Shown in pieces: positions 1 to 13,022 of a stretch of DNA of 64,000 bases. The first letter of the stretch is position 1. Each line of letters starts with the position of its first letter. Made by a program: the position numbers and the translations under genes. Where the stretch lies: the NCBI RefSeq assembly GCF_001194135.2, contig NC_068989.1:58995120-59059119 (forward strand), written 5' to 3'. The notes under the pieces were generated by a model that was not told the origin of the DNA, did not search any database, and was given only the letters and a program-made list of their open reading frames with translations. The stretch comes from Octopus bimaculoides (Eukaryota).

Positions 1-922
1 TATATATATATATATATATGATGTATGTAGATGTGTGCGTGTGTATATATACATATACATACATATATACATATCTATTTATCTATATATATATGGATAT
101 GAATGTATATGTATGCAAACACACATACACATACACACCAGAATTGATATGTAAAAAGTAATTGCAAAATAAATATACAATGTATTCGATACTTTGCATG
201 TTTGTAAAGTCGTACATGTATGTGCGTATGTTTACTTGTGTATGTATATTCTTGTCTTCTTTCCTTTACTCATTCTTGTATTGATATGATATTTGAACAC
301 ACTCAGTTTATCTCCATCCTTTACATACAGTCAATATTCATTATTTGTTTGCATATCTTTACGATAGTTTTCGTTTTATGTACAGCTATAAATCCAAATA
401 GTTAAACTGTTATAAGTTAATCCCTCATTATTTAAGGCAATGTTTTTATGCAATGTGCAACTGCCTGATCTAATCCCCAGCCTTACATAGCAGTTTTGAA
501 TGATTGATTACATTATTGAATGAAAAAATCTGCTTAGTTTTACTGCAATTGTTGGAAAAGGAATCCATTCAATGGTGAAATTGATTTTATCCACCTCAAT
601 ATTATCCAAGAATTTGTGATGTCACTTTAATTATTGTAAAATCATAAAGTTTGCTTTGGTGTACACGCCTGAGTGTATGTATGTATGTATGAATGTATGT
701 ATGTATGTCTGTGGCGTGTGTTTGTGTTTCTATGTGTGTGTTGTGTGTGTTATTTTGTGATGTGTTGTATTGTGTGTGTGTGTGTGTGTGTGTGTGTTTC
801 TGTTCATACACTTGGGAGATTATTCCTATGGATGCAATGTCTGGAGTAATTTCGGCCCAATTCGGTGATATGAATTAATATTCAAGGTCACTGAGAATAT
901 AATTTATTACTGTTGCTGACGC

Positions 923-1120
923 TAAGGCGGCAAGCTGGTAGATTCGTTATAACACCGGCTAAATTGCTTTGTGGTTGTTGTTCTTAGTTCATATTCCAAC
1001 GAACTTAACTTTGCTTTTCATCCTTTAGGAATTGTGCACTGGGGTCGATGTAATCAACTAGCTCCCTCCCTACAAACTTCAGGCCTTCTGCCTATTGTAG
1101 AAAGGATTATTATTGTTATT
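923..1120 (+). mobile_element. tRNA-derived SINE family B, tail type 2
   Basis: Degenerate copy of the 33813 element (aaggcggc.agctgg...agttc.aattcc...ctttgcttttcatcc); ends aggccttctgcctattgtagaaaggattattatt. Confidence 0.8.
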
Positions 1121-1395
1121 GGTGAAGCAGCGGAAGTGGTAGCGCGTCTTTTGCAACATTTTACCAACTCCCACTACGGCTCACAACGTCCTCAATTAAA
1201 ATGTCACCGGTTTTGACGTTGACACTTTCCTTTTAAGGATCAGTGATATTGTTGCTAATACCAAATGTCCTGTCAACTGCTCTCTCCCTTAAAATGTTAT
1301 GGTCTAATATCATTGTACAAAATTGTCATTCCTCTTAGTTGTACTAGAGTTGGTTGCGTTGAGTGGACGTCTGTAAAATAACCCGGACAAAATTT

Positions 1396-1732
1396 GGATC
1401 TTATTCCATTTACTTATGATAAGAATGTTTTTTTTTTCTAGTATATTTTGTTTGGGGACACCTGAGTCCTCGCGTCATTATTATGATTTGAAAAAAAAAT
1501 AATAAACTCCAAGATTTGTCTTAATAAAAATGCAAATTGTTTAGTATGTTTTGATTATATTTATACTTTGTAAACATTAAATTACTCGAAGATTTTATAT
1601 GGACTCCTCTGAGGTGCTGTAAAATATGTTAGCAAGGATTGAAAAGAAAAATTCAAAAATTTGAACGAATTTTAAACCCTAACCCTAACCCTAATGGGAA
1701 AAGATGATGATAAAAAAAAGTCAATAAGATCC
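1396..1732. mobile_element. MITE-like element with GGATC termini and an internal telomeric repeat
   Basis: Perfect 10-bp TIR GGATCTTATT (1396-1405) / AATAAGATCC (1723-1732); (AACCCT)3 at 1675-1692. No matching TSD at these ends. Confidence 0.45.
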
Positions 1733-3383
1733 TGTTATGGATACTCTAACCACTACAAATGAAAAAGGAGTAACTGTAATAGTTTTAGTGACAAAACCAA
1801 CAATAACAGTTTTAATGATATTACATGCTGAATCGAAACACTTGACATAGAACAGTTGCCTGAGAGGAAGAAAGCAAAAACAAGGGTAAAGTATGTAAGA
1901 AAACCAGTGTTTCTATGGCCTAAAAATTTATTGGAGTATGTGCAAGATATAAGTGACCGAGCTCCATTTTTCAATAAATCGGAGGTCTTTTGATATTCCC
2001 CTTGAGGGGTTCTTTGGAGAAGCTCTGTTTGTTTAGCCGACCGAGGCAGGGTCACTGGAAGTATATGACTGGTCTTTAAAATCAATGATAAGGCGACTGG
2101 TGTGTTTTTTACACAACATATCTAGTCACGGGTTGTTGTTGCCGTGTGTGGGAGACGGAAAGATGCAACAGAAGGGTCATGGTTGAAGACATTGGTGCTC
2201 AACTTAACCCTTGGGTTATCATCATGGAAACGATGCCCAATGACATATGGCATATGAATTCTGCCAGGCTCTTTCAAAGCTATAGCATCTTGTAACAGCA
2301 GAAAAAAAATGCAAACAAAATGAAGGGTAGAAAGTCTTGTTACAAATGTGGGATCAAGACCTATTAACGGGTTTTTGCCAAAAAGTTCCAGGAATAAAAA
2401 AGAAACAAAATAGGGAGGCAAACAAGATGAGCTGAAAAAAAAAACCCCACATCAGAGGTTGTTGTTTCTTTATCACCACCGGTCGTGACTCCTCATTATA
2501 AGGATCTGGCGGCCGGTTAGAGTAACAGGAAGTTAAAGGTCCCTTCGCCCGAAACAGCATGAGATTCAAGATTCTTCGAGTCACCAATGAGAACCTGATG
2601 AATTTGATGAACGACTTAGAAGAAGGTGACAAATAATTGAGAATGGGGTAGAGGTTGATTATGTGTGACACATGAATGAAAGAATGTTAAAGAAACCTTA
2701 ATAGCTGTCTATCAATTGCTAAAATTGAACTATCGAGAAGGTATTCTCACTAATAAAAAGATGCTTACGAGTGCTTTCGAAATACCGGTTTGAATACTCA
2801 GTCTAGAAGCTGATCAGGGTCGTCGGTTACCCTGATTTAACTTATGTGGTAGTTTCTCACTCAAGTGAGGATGGGTTGCCTTTATTTGTACCTATCCGTA
2901 TTCTTTTATTCATATTTCTATACCTTATACACAATCATGCATATACGTATGCACATACATACCATATTCCGTCTCTATTTCTATCATTTGTGTTAGTCAT
3001 CAATTTTAATGTCATAATCTGTATATATAAAGCTGAAAATGTGTGTGTGTGTCTCTCTCTCTTTGTGTATGCGTGCATCACTAAAACTCGAGAACTACCC
3101 AACCGATTTCATTCAAATTTTACACATGTATTACTTAGGGTCCATGCTGTGTCATGGGCCAAAAGTGATTTTCAACTTCTTGCCTATTGCAAGCCCGGAT
3201 CAATCTCTTATCTCTCATACTGTTACCGTATTACGTGTCAAAAGTGAAGCAATATGTCTATTAATACTTTCACTATTATATGGTTTCAATTTCAATTACT
3301 TTCATTATGTATCTATATATATTAGTTTCATTTCTATAACTTACAGTATGTATTTATGTACATGTTTGTATATGTATGCATGC

Positions 3384-3419
<36 letters not shown>

Positions 3420-3434
3420 AAATAACAACGAAAT

Positions 3435-3570
3435 AACGGCAAGATTGGCAAATCATTAACCTACAATATCTGGCTATAGGTTTTTATGTTCTGAGTTCAA
3501 GCGCCACAGTGGTCAACTTTGCCTTTCATCGTCTCGGGGTTGATAAAATAATATGTCAAGTACTGGTCTT
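3435..3570 (+). mobile_element. SINE family B, degenerate
   Basis: gttctgagttcaagcgcc...gtcaactttgcctttcatc...ggggttgataaaataa matches the B-box and body of family B. Confidence 0.7.
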
Positions 3571-4397
3571 GATACGTATAATGTATCCTAGATATAAATG
3601 ATAGTTATAATAGAAGGAAGTTATTACATTTTACACACACTCTGCAAAGAGGTAACCATCAAAGTGGTTAAACTACTTCATAGAATACCAGCCAAATCTC
3701 CCTAAAATACGTCTTAAATAAGACAGGGCACATCTGATAATGTATATCTTAAATGTATACTCTATGTAAATAATACTGGGTTGACTCAGTTGGAAAGCAT
3801 TTCATCCTGATAGCTCGATTCATATCAGACGATGGGCGATATTTTGCTCGTAATATATAACCTGTATAAATATTTGAAAATGATGAAACAAAATTTGATG
3901 CAATTTAATAACTGAACTATTGTCCTTCAATAAAGATTTGACTGACGCTAAATGTCTTGCATAAATTAAATATAGAAATTAATAGCAATTTATCTGGATT
4001 TTGGTGATACCTAATTTCTAAGCAATATATTGATAGAGAACACATGTTTATATATTTCCAGTAACATCTACTGGAAGTGATGTCTAAGTTGTGTTTTGTA
4101 CGTATGGTTATTTGCCTACCGGTCTTGACAACTAGATATATTCATACATACAAGAGTCTCTTCGACATTTTGACACTAACATAATAAAATTCTACAAGAG
4201 GGAGTGCTTCAGATCTATTGCAATAGTTTTAGTATTGAGATAATAAAAAATCTCCGAGGGATCTTATAGATATGCTGTTATAGATTTAGTAATATTGTTA
4301 CTTGTAACATATTAAAAGCGAGAAAATTATTATTTCTGAGTAATAGTAATTTATAAGGAGTGTATTTATTTAAATAAACTATCAACCACAAGCACAC

Positions 4398-4399
<2 letters not shown>

Positions 4400-4429
<30 letters not shown>

Positions 4430-4480
4430 GTCAGTCAGTCAGTCAGTCTGTCTGTCTATCTCTCTCTCACTCTCTCTCTC

Positions 4481-4520
<40 letters not shown>
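4400..4520. repeat. Compound microsatellite (AATC)(AGTC)(TC)n before gap 4521-4965
   Basis: Read directly. Confidence 0.95.
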
Positions 4521-4974
4521 NNNNNNNNNNNNNNNNNNNNNNNNNNNNNNNNNNNNNNNNNNNNNNNNNNNNNNNNNNNNNNNNNNNNNNNNNNNNNNNN
4601 NNNNNNNNNNNNNNNNNNNNNNNNNNNNNNNNNNNNNNNNNNNNNNNNNNNNNNNNNNNNNNNNNNNNNNNNNNNNNNNNNNNNNNNNNNNNNNNNNNNN
4701 NNNNNNNNNNNNNNNNNNNNNNNNNNNNNNNNNNNNNNNNNNNNNNNNNNNNNNNNNNNNNNNNNNNNNNNNNNNNNNNNNNNNNNNNNNNNNNNNNNNN
4801 NNNNNNNNNNNNNNNNNNNNNNNNNNNNNNNNNNNNNNNNNNNNNNNNNNNNNNNNNNNNNNNNNNNNNNNNNNNNNNNNNNNNNNNNNNNNNNNNNNNN
4901 NNNNNNNNNNNNNNNNNNNNNNNNNNNNNNNNNNNNNNNNNNNNNNNNNNNNNNNNNNNNNNNNNTATATATAT

Positions 4975-5130
4975 GGGAGAATATACAAATAATAACAACA
5001 GACGAGGACAGGTGGTGTAAATAACAAAAGTATATATTAGTATGACGCTCGGGAATACGGAAAGTCTTTGACGTTTCGAGCTACGCTCTTCAACAGAAAG
5101 AATACGGAGACAAGGAGAAAAACACGGAGA
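4975..5130 (-). mobile_element. Solo PLE-type terminal repeat with minimal hammerhead
   Basis: About 100 bp homologous to 59440-59530; contains the HHR motif at 5065-5101. Confidence 0.6.
5065..5101 (-). ncRNA. Minimal type I hammerhead ribozyme, core mutated
   Basis: TCTTT-CTGTTGA-A-GAGC gta GCTC-GAA-ACGT-C-AAAGA: helix I 5 bp, helix II 4 bp, palindromic helix III ACGT, GUC site. A6 is changed to U. Confidence 0.7.
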
Positions 5131-5464
5131 AAAAAAAATTGAATAGAGTTCAGTCATATATATATACTCATACATATATATACATATATAGATATATATA
5201 CCCATGCATATTTATACGTATGTGATCGTTCATTAAATGGCACGCTTATCGATACGTACCAACACACACATATAACAACATATCTACATACAAAGTCACA
5301 CGTACGTATACATCGCGTATGCACACATGACTTCAACAATATAGACTTTAAAAGGTTTATACTGTGCAATACATATTATTTCATTGACACTTGCTCAAGT
5401 GGGGCCTTAACCAGTATGCTAAAACAAATAAAGCTAAAGACATTGCACGAGACTTGAAATTTCA

Positions 5465-5545
5465 TATGTGGTGGCTAGTCGATCTGATCGACTCCGAAAG
5501 GATGAATGTTAAAGTTGACCCTGGGTGGTATTTAAACTCTAATCG
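5465..5545 (-). mobile_element. SINE family B fragment
   Basis: gtcgatctgatcgactccgaaaggatgaatgttaaagttgacc...atttaaactc is the reverse complement of the family B body. Confidence 0.6.
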
Positions 5546-6028
5546 AGTATGTATGTCATTATTCAGTTTATTTCAAGATTTCTTGCCAATACAGAAAGAA
5601 CCGGTTTCTAACCCAGATCCAAGGCTCCTTCATTGGCATTTCAACATGAACAACAGAGTATTTGTTTGTTTGTTTGTATGTATGTATGCACGTATGTATG
5701 TATGTATGTATGTATGTATGTATGTATGCTTGTATGTATGTATGTATGTGTCTACAGGTTTATATGTTTTATGTATGAATTCTCATGCATATAGTTGCAT
5801 GCATGCATGTATGTATGTATGTATAAGTGTGTGTGTATCTATGTATGTGTATATGCATGTTTGGATGTTTGTTTGTTTGTATGTATGTATCTTTGTATGT
5901 TTGTATGTGTGTGTCTACATACATGCATGATACATGTTACATAAAATGTTCATGTTTATATGTATATATAAATATGTATCAAATAAAATGTGTACATGTA
6001 TATAATGGTTTATATTCAAATAAAATTG

Positions 6029-6065
<37 letters not shown>

Positions 6066-6230
6066 ATGTGTAAATATGTATATGGTTATGTATATTAGAT
6101 AAAAATATGCTTTCAAAATCTGTGGTTATATATCTGCCATATATTTGGATATGGATACACACACGCAGTCAGATATTATATATATAAACAATCAGCACAT
6201 ACATACAGAAACACGCGTATACATATGCAT

Positions 6231-6291
<61 letters not shown>

Positions 6292-7171
6292 AACGTACAC
6301 ACAAGTGCATATATCTGTACGTTGTGTGTGTGTTTACAATATAAAGCTCACTATAGTATATTTATGTGTTCATGTAATATATACATATGTTTATACATGT
6401 ACTCAGAGAGAGAGAGATAGAGACAGACAGACAGACAGAGAGGAGAGAGAGTGAGAAGAGAGAGAGGGAGAGATTGTGTATGTGTATGTGTGTGTGTATG
6501 CGAGAAAGAGAGAGAGACAGACAGGCAGACAGTGAGAGAGAGGGAGACCTTGTGTTTGTAGACATATTTTTCATTCTCTACGCATTCGATAGTTGATCAG
6601 TAAGAAAAGAAGAGGTTAAAAATGTCAATGTTGGCTCAATTCACGCGTACTAACTATTATGCATACACACTACATCCATACGTACATAGATGCATACATA
6701 CATATATACATACATATATAAAAACATAAATACATACATATATATATGTACATGTATGCATATAGACATATATATATATATACGCGCGCGCACACACACA
6801 CACACACACATGTATATGCATAGATACGCACACACACATATGCATATATACATATATGCAATATACACACATTTCAATTACCAGGAAGTTACAAAAATGA
6901 CATTGACTTAAAGATCAACAATTTCGTCCATTATACATATACGTATGTGTGTGTGTGCGTACATATATAAATAAGGTGCATATAATTTTGAGCGTTTATG
7001 TATGTCAAATCAAACGTGAGCGTATGTAAATACAGCTGCATGCGTTCATGTACGTGCACGTAATAAAACTGTTTCGCATGACATAAGTTCTTGGATACCT
7101 GTAAGAAACTGGGCGCAACTCATTATATTAGGTCAAAATTTCCGTAGCATAATTGGAATTAAATTCACTCT

Positions 7172-7172
<1 letters not shown>

Positions 7173-7222
<50 letters not shown>

Positions 7223-7235
7223 ATCTATCTATCTG

Positions 7236-7274
<39 letters not shown>

Positions 7275-7287
7275 GTCTATCTGTCTA

Positions 7288-7318
<31 letters not shown>

Positions 7319-7345
7319 GTGTGTGTGTGTCTGTGTGTGAGTCTG
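7173..7345. repeat. (TATC)n/(TGTC)n microsatellite
   Basis: Read directly. Confidence 0.95.
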
Positions 7346-7680
7346 TGAAATATCAAATATCGCATGTATGAGTATTTCTACCTTGAATGTTGTAAGCGAA
7401 TATATAAAATACACATATTTATGTTAGTGTAAAATATTAAACAGAAGTTAACGGTGGTGCCCCAGCATGACCGTAGCTGTAAAGCTGAAACAATTTAAAG
7501 AATAATAAACTAACATAATCGAAGCTTACACACGAATTAGATATATAAAAATATAAATACAAATTCTTAGCTCATATGTGAATTAACTGTTATCTTGTAT
7601 ACGATCTTTGTTAAGTGTATGTGCATACATGCATACGTTTCTACACACATATGTAGAAATATATCTATAATCCTGGGTTA

Positions 7681-7686
7681 TTTATT
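7681..7686 (-). terminator. Candidate polyadenylation signal for twist
   Basis: AATAAA on the minus strand about 930 nt past the stop codon. The hexamer is common in AT-rich DNA. Confidence 0.2.
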
Positions 7687-8612
7687 GATTGAGTGAATAT
7701 TATCTCGTATACGATCTTTCTAAGGTGTTTGTATATGCTTCAGTCTACAACGAAGAATCAACTTATGTGCATATTTTTAGTGTTTCGATTGCTCCTGTAA
7801 TAATTCCCTATCGAGATTATCAATAATATTAGCTTCTGAAATTTAAGAAATAGCCATAAAATTTCGAAAAGAACTGGAGGAAAGAAGAGTAGATTGCAAA
7901 AATATAAATAGGTAGCGAAGACAACATCTAAAACACAGAAAAATATATAGTAAACGACATTTAAAGGAAGTACGATGATGAAATAAAAACTAAAATAACT
8001 TGAATTATGTATCCAAAATATATATATATATATTCTTATATTTATAGTATATTTCAAGAACTAAAAAAAAAAAAAAACACTTTATCAGTCCATTAAAAAG
8101 TGTCATATTAAATGCATTTTTAAAATCTGTACATTAATTTATCATCTGTTTCCAGTTTTGGAAGCTGGCACAGTCACCTCTGCATGGACAGGATGGATAC
8201 TCACCGTACAGAGCCTCTCAGATAACTTACGAAACGTTACAACACTGACGACCGAAGTTAACCACTTTTTTTTATACCACACCTTTGTCACCTTTTTTAG
8301 TCTGAATGTCATTTCTTACTGACCTGTTTATGTATGTAATACATTCAGCTTGTGGTCACTGGCAACGTTTCGGTTCAGCTGTAGAGATGACTGTCATTGA
8401 ACTGTCAAAATTCTCTCTTTTGTCACCATTTACAGGAACAATCACTCGACAGATTAAATAGAATGTCACAGTCAAGCACCTGGAGATTTTGACCATACTG
8501 TTATATCACATGTAATTAAATATACAATGTTTGTTGTAGTGTAACGTCGATAGACGATCGATGGTTACGCTTCTTCTTTACACAGTTGGATGCGTGAATT
8601 TCATTACAAAGT

Positions 8613-9200
8613 TCAATGTCCTCCCATTGACCATGCACCTTCCATCCGCCACACAGAGAAAGCATAACTTAGTCTCTCGTGTGCCATATAGCTACACGAT
8701 GCCATTTTATTGTCCGTGTCATCACTACGAAGTACCTGATATAAGAAATCAATATACCGCGCTGCAAGCTTTAGTGTTTGTATTTTGCTCAATTTATCAG
8801 ACGGCAGGGTCGGAATGATTTTGCGAAGTTGGGCAAATGCTTCATTTAATGACTGCGTACGTTGACGTTCACGTACATTTGCTAAAACTCTTTGATTCTG
8901 GATATCTTCGACGGACTGAGGATTTTTTCGGCGTGCCTTTCGAACAGCTGAAGAGTGAGATTCACATGTTACAGCAAGGGAATGGACAGGGGTCAACTTT
9001 AACGATTCCGGAGAACCAACGTCACCACAAAGACCATTCTTCGTATAACCACGTTTTCGCTGTATTCGCATTTTTTCTGTTTCGTCATCACTGCTGGGTA
9101 TATCCTGATTAGACGTTTGATGATGGTGAAGATGATGGTGATGATGAGTGGACAGAGATAAAGAATCCCCATCTAGTAGAGAGTGATGCTCGGGTATCAT
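8613..9200 (-). CDS. twist: Twist bHLH transcription factor, uninterrupted CDS (195 aa)
   Basis: b[58 protein letters not shown] plus the Twist WR motif [16 protein letters not shown]. The ORF track starts at a TTG (9206). The first ATG is at 9200-9198 (aaaATG), with an in-frame TAG just upstream. TGA stop at 8615-8613. Confidence 0.98.
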   Translation of the reverse strand: MIPEHHSLLDGDSLSLSTHHHHHLHHHQTSNQDIPSSDDETEKMRIQRKRGYTKNGLCGDVGSPESLKLTPVHSLAVTCESHSSAVRKARRKNPQSVEDIQNQRVLANVRERQRTQSLNEAFAQLRKIIPTLPSDKLSKIQTLKLAARYIDFLYQVLRSDDTDNKMASCSYMAHERLSYAFSVWRMEGAWSMGGH

Positions 9201-9894
9201 TTTCAATGTTTTCTTCTACTGGTAAAGAAATATTTTTCCACGGAGAAATAGTTTTCACTCAAGTTTACTGTTTGATGTATGTTGGTACACGTGAAAATAT
9301 TTTCCTGCTTCGTAAATAGATGATGCGGTGTTAAAAGATGACCATATTTTTTTTTACCACATTAATAGCGATAAAATCTATATTTGTGGTTTTGAAATAA
9401 TCGTTTTAGGTTATTTTTTATATAGTCAGCTTACACAGCAACAAATGGCAAACTTTATTAAAGGTCTCTCTTTTTTCACTTCTTTTTAAACAGAATGTTT
9501 ATGTAAAGTTGTGTGTGTGTGTAACTGAGAGTGTAATATTTTGTGGGAGTTTATATAAATATATATGTATGAACGATTACTTTGATCGTTAAATTATAAT
9601 TTATCATTTTTTTTTTTTTTAACTTGATAAAAAAAATGTTTCCGAAGTTGAACAGAAGCAACAATTGTCATCAGAAATAAAAAGTTATTGAAGAATAATA
9701 TTAAAGAGATTGCGTCTGCAACAATTAAAAAATTAAATGGTGAGATTAGTGAATGAAGTGCCACATCTACAGAATATATCAACATGTACTGTTACTATTC
9801 TGTCATAGATGTTGTTAACATTTGCCAAAGTTTCAAAGTAGAATGGGAAAATACAAGCGATTTGTCCGTCAATCTCCAGTTTGTTTGAAAACGT

Positions 9895-9927
9895 AAGTGA
9901 TGGTTTCTAACAAACCTCTTATTTATA
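9895..9927 (-). promoter_or_regulatory. Candidate twist core promoter (TATA + Inr)
   Basis: Minus-strand TATAAATA at 9927-9920 and an Inr-like TCACTT whose A is at 9898, 29 nt from the first T of the TATA box. Spacing is canonical but there is no transcript evidence. An alternative TATATAAAT lies at 10592-10584. Confidence 0.4.
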
Positions 9928-11569
9928 AGTTCCTCTCTCACTCTCTTCTGTCAGTATGTGGCCAGAATACATAGTCTTGTGAATGTGTTAGTAAATGATA
10001 GTCCATAGCTGTTAAAAGCTGCATGATAGTGTGTTTCGATGTTTTTGTGTGCTACGTAATTCTCTTTCTCGCTCTCTTCCTCTCTCTTCCCCCTTCACAG
10101 ACACTCTGAGATAACTATGCATAAAGTTCTTTCTATCACTTTCCTCCTGTACAGAGTCTTATAATGTCTTAGATACCGTCAATCAAAACAAGACTGTAGA
10201 ATCGTTCGGTACCTCATCTATAACAGCAGCCAATGGCGATAAAGAACTATATTCTAAACGACCAATGATAGCTGAAAGAAACCTTTTAATGGGACAGTAA
10301 AGAAGCTTGCTCGTCGGAATATATATACGAAAAGACATAGAAACAACGATGATATCTTTACCCTACTCCCTCCTGTCTGAAGACTCCCTTCACCGTTCAT
10401 GTTCATCTTCCTGCCTACCAAACCCCACTCCAAATTCAAGAACTACTACGAAAGCTTCTTGAAGTGACACCCGAGCTGCCGGCACCCGAGCGATGTTTTA
10501 ACAGTCAACACTACTACCAGCACCACTGTCTGAATTAGTGTAAACGGGTAGCAGTTTCGAACACATTCGTTCATACGGTGATGATTTATATAGTAGTGTC
10601 AAACAGTGTCATTCACTATAACACATTAGGAAGCTGGAGTGAAGTGGCAATTTAACTGGGATTTCATTTTTACTGTATTCTTACCAAAAGTTGTAATAAT
10701 CTCACACATTTCTTACTACTATTTTGGAATTATTTTCTTCTACTTTCCACTTCATTCAACTGTATATTACCGATGGAGTTTACTACATCACTTCTTCCCA
10801 TAAATTAGCTCGAGATGAAGTATTAATTGCATAATTACATAAAATCACAAGATGCAATTTACAAAAGATAGCGTTTCTTATTAGTCCGCGTGCATTATCG
10901 GGAGATATAAAAAGGCTGATGTTATTCTACATAAAACAATTTGTGCGACATAAACTTTACAGATACAGTAATGATAATAACAATAATAATTTATTGCTTA
11001 AAGCAAGACACAAGGTTAATTTTTTTGTGATATGTTGGATAGGAAGATCTGAAATCATTTATACTAATACTTCTTGGAACAACTCACGCATTTGAGATTG
11101 TAAATATTGTTTTGTTCCAGTCTATGAACAAAAATCCTAAATATTAGACAAGCTGAATGATTGTTGTAGGGTTTATTCTTTTACTAAGAATGTTTTGCAA
11201 TATAAGTGAAGTGAGACAACTTCTGGTGATCGAAGCTACATAACGAGTTCGTATTGGTAACTACGACGTGGAGCACTACATTAATAGAATTCGTATAATA
11301 TCTGATACCCACATGTGATATACAAAATAATAAAGTATGTGACTTGTTCTATAAGTATTTTTACTGAAACACACGCTCTAATAAAATTTAATTGATATGA
11401 TATAGTGAGATTCCCATAAAAAAGGTGGTACCTTGATAGTGATGCCTAAAATTGTAAAGAAAAACTAACGAACATATCATTACGGTAACCTTTTGCATAC
11501 AACTTCAAGCTAGAGGTGAACAAAATTACACTTTAAATTTGATTGCTATATTCCTTGTTGTTGGTATCT

Positions 11570-11855
11570 TTTATTCTTTACTTGTTTCAGTCATTAGACT
11601 GTGGCCACACTGGGGTACCGCCTTGAAGAATTTTTCGTCGAACAAATCAACATCAGTTGTCAAGAGCATGGTGGGGGACAAACACAGAAACACACACAAA
11701 AACACACACACACATATATACACCGGGATTTTGTCAGTTTCCATCTATCAAACTATTCACAAGGCTTTCGTTGGCCCAGGGCTATAGTAGAAGACACTTG
11801 CACAAGATGTCACGCTGTGGGACTGAACGCGGAGCCGTGTGGCTGGAAAGTAAAC
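11570..11855 (-). mobile_element. tRNA-derived SINE family A, internally deleted
   Basis: Tail cttttacttgtttcagtca, internal (CA)n, and the head-proximal block aaggcttt..ggcccagggctatagtagaagacacttg...gggactgaac. Confidence 0.85.
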
Positions 11856-12290
11856 ATTTTACAAAAGAAATAAAAAAAATAGAAACAAATCAACAAAAAA
11901 CAAACTTTGTTTCTTGTAATTTGTCACCAGTATCTAATTAACAGCATAATTATGTAATATCATTCGTTGCACCAGTATATGAATAGTACTATGTTGTTAA
12001 TGATTTAAAATTTCTCCACAATAGTGCACATTCATTGAGTGGAATATCGTCGACTTACTCGATCCCACTATATGAGTGGTATATTTTTGCATCGAGACGA
12101 AAGGGAAGTGAACCAAAGATGACTTCTGGAAGACTTGAACTCAGATCGCAAAACGACGTAGTAAAACAGCTTCGATATATTTTATTTGGTGTGTAACTAA
12201 TTGTGCCAACTTTCGGCACTAAACTACATTGGATATTGAAAATATAACGTATATGCATCATTAACAGTGGTAGAGAAAATCAGCATAACT

Positions 12291-12525
12291 AGGAATAATA
12301 ATAATTATGATCCTTTCTACTATAGGCACAAGGCCTGAAATTTAGGAGAGGGAGATTGTCGGTTACATTGACCCCAGTACTCAACTGGTAGTTATTTTAT
12401 CGACCTCGAGAGGATGGAAGGCAATGTGGATCTTGGCGGAATTTGAACTCAGAACGTAAAGACAGACAAAATACCGCTAAGCATTTAGCCCGGCGTACTA
12501 ACGATTCTACCAGTTCGCAGCCTTA
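12291..12525 (-). mobile_element. SINE family B, tail type 2
   Basis: Full head (taaggctgcgaactggtagaatcgttag...gagttcaaattccgcc), body and aggccttgtgcctatagtagaaagga tail. Confidence 0.9.
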
Positions 12526-12771
12526 AAATGTCACTAAAGATACACACACGCCCCACATACATACGTACATACATACTTATATACATACATACATACATAC
12601 ATACATACATACATACATACATACATACATACATACATACATACATACCTATGTATGCATGTATATATGTGTATGTATACATACACACACACACACATAT
12701 ACGTATACATATATATAGATGTGCATGGGGATATACATATATCCGTGTATGTATATATGCGTGTATATATT

Positions 12772-12973
12772 CTTTTATTCTTTTACTTATTTCACTCGAC
12801 GACTATGGCCATGCTGGAGCACCACCTTTAGTCGAACAAATCGACCGTAGGACTTATTCTTTGTAAGCCCAGTACTTATTCTATCGTACTCTTATGACGA
12901 ACTGGTAAGTTACGGGGACGTAAATACACCAACATCGGTTGTCAAGCGACAGTAAACACAGAAACACAAACAC

Positions 12974-13022
<49 letters not shown>

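Noticed and set aside
1753-2671. Three short minus-strand ORFs as a gene or PLE remnant
   Set aside because: Only faint motif hints (e.g. MPYVIG) that I could not assemble into a consistent domain.
8350-8410. GAAACGTT motif in the twist 3' UTR as a hammerhead remnant
   Set aside because: No CUGANGA upstream (TTGACAG instead) and no helix I.
9201-9206. 197-aa Twist starting at 9206
   Set aside because: That codon is TTG; the first ATG is at 9200.
9640-9680. Minus-strand CTGATGA...GAAA upstream of twist
   Set aside because: Helix I does not pair and helix II is not anchored at the core.
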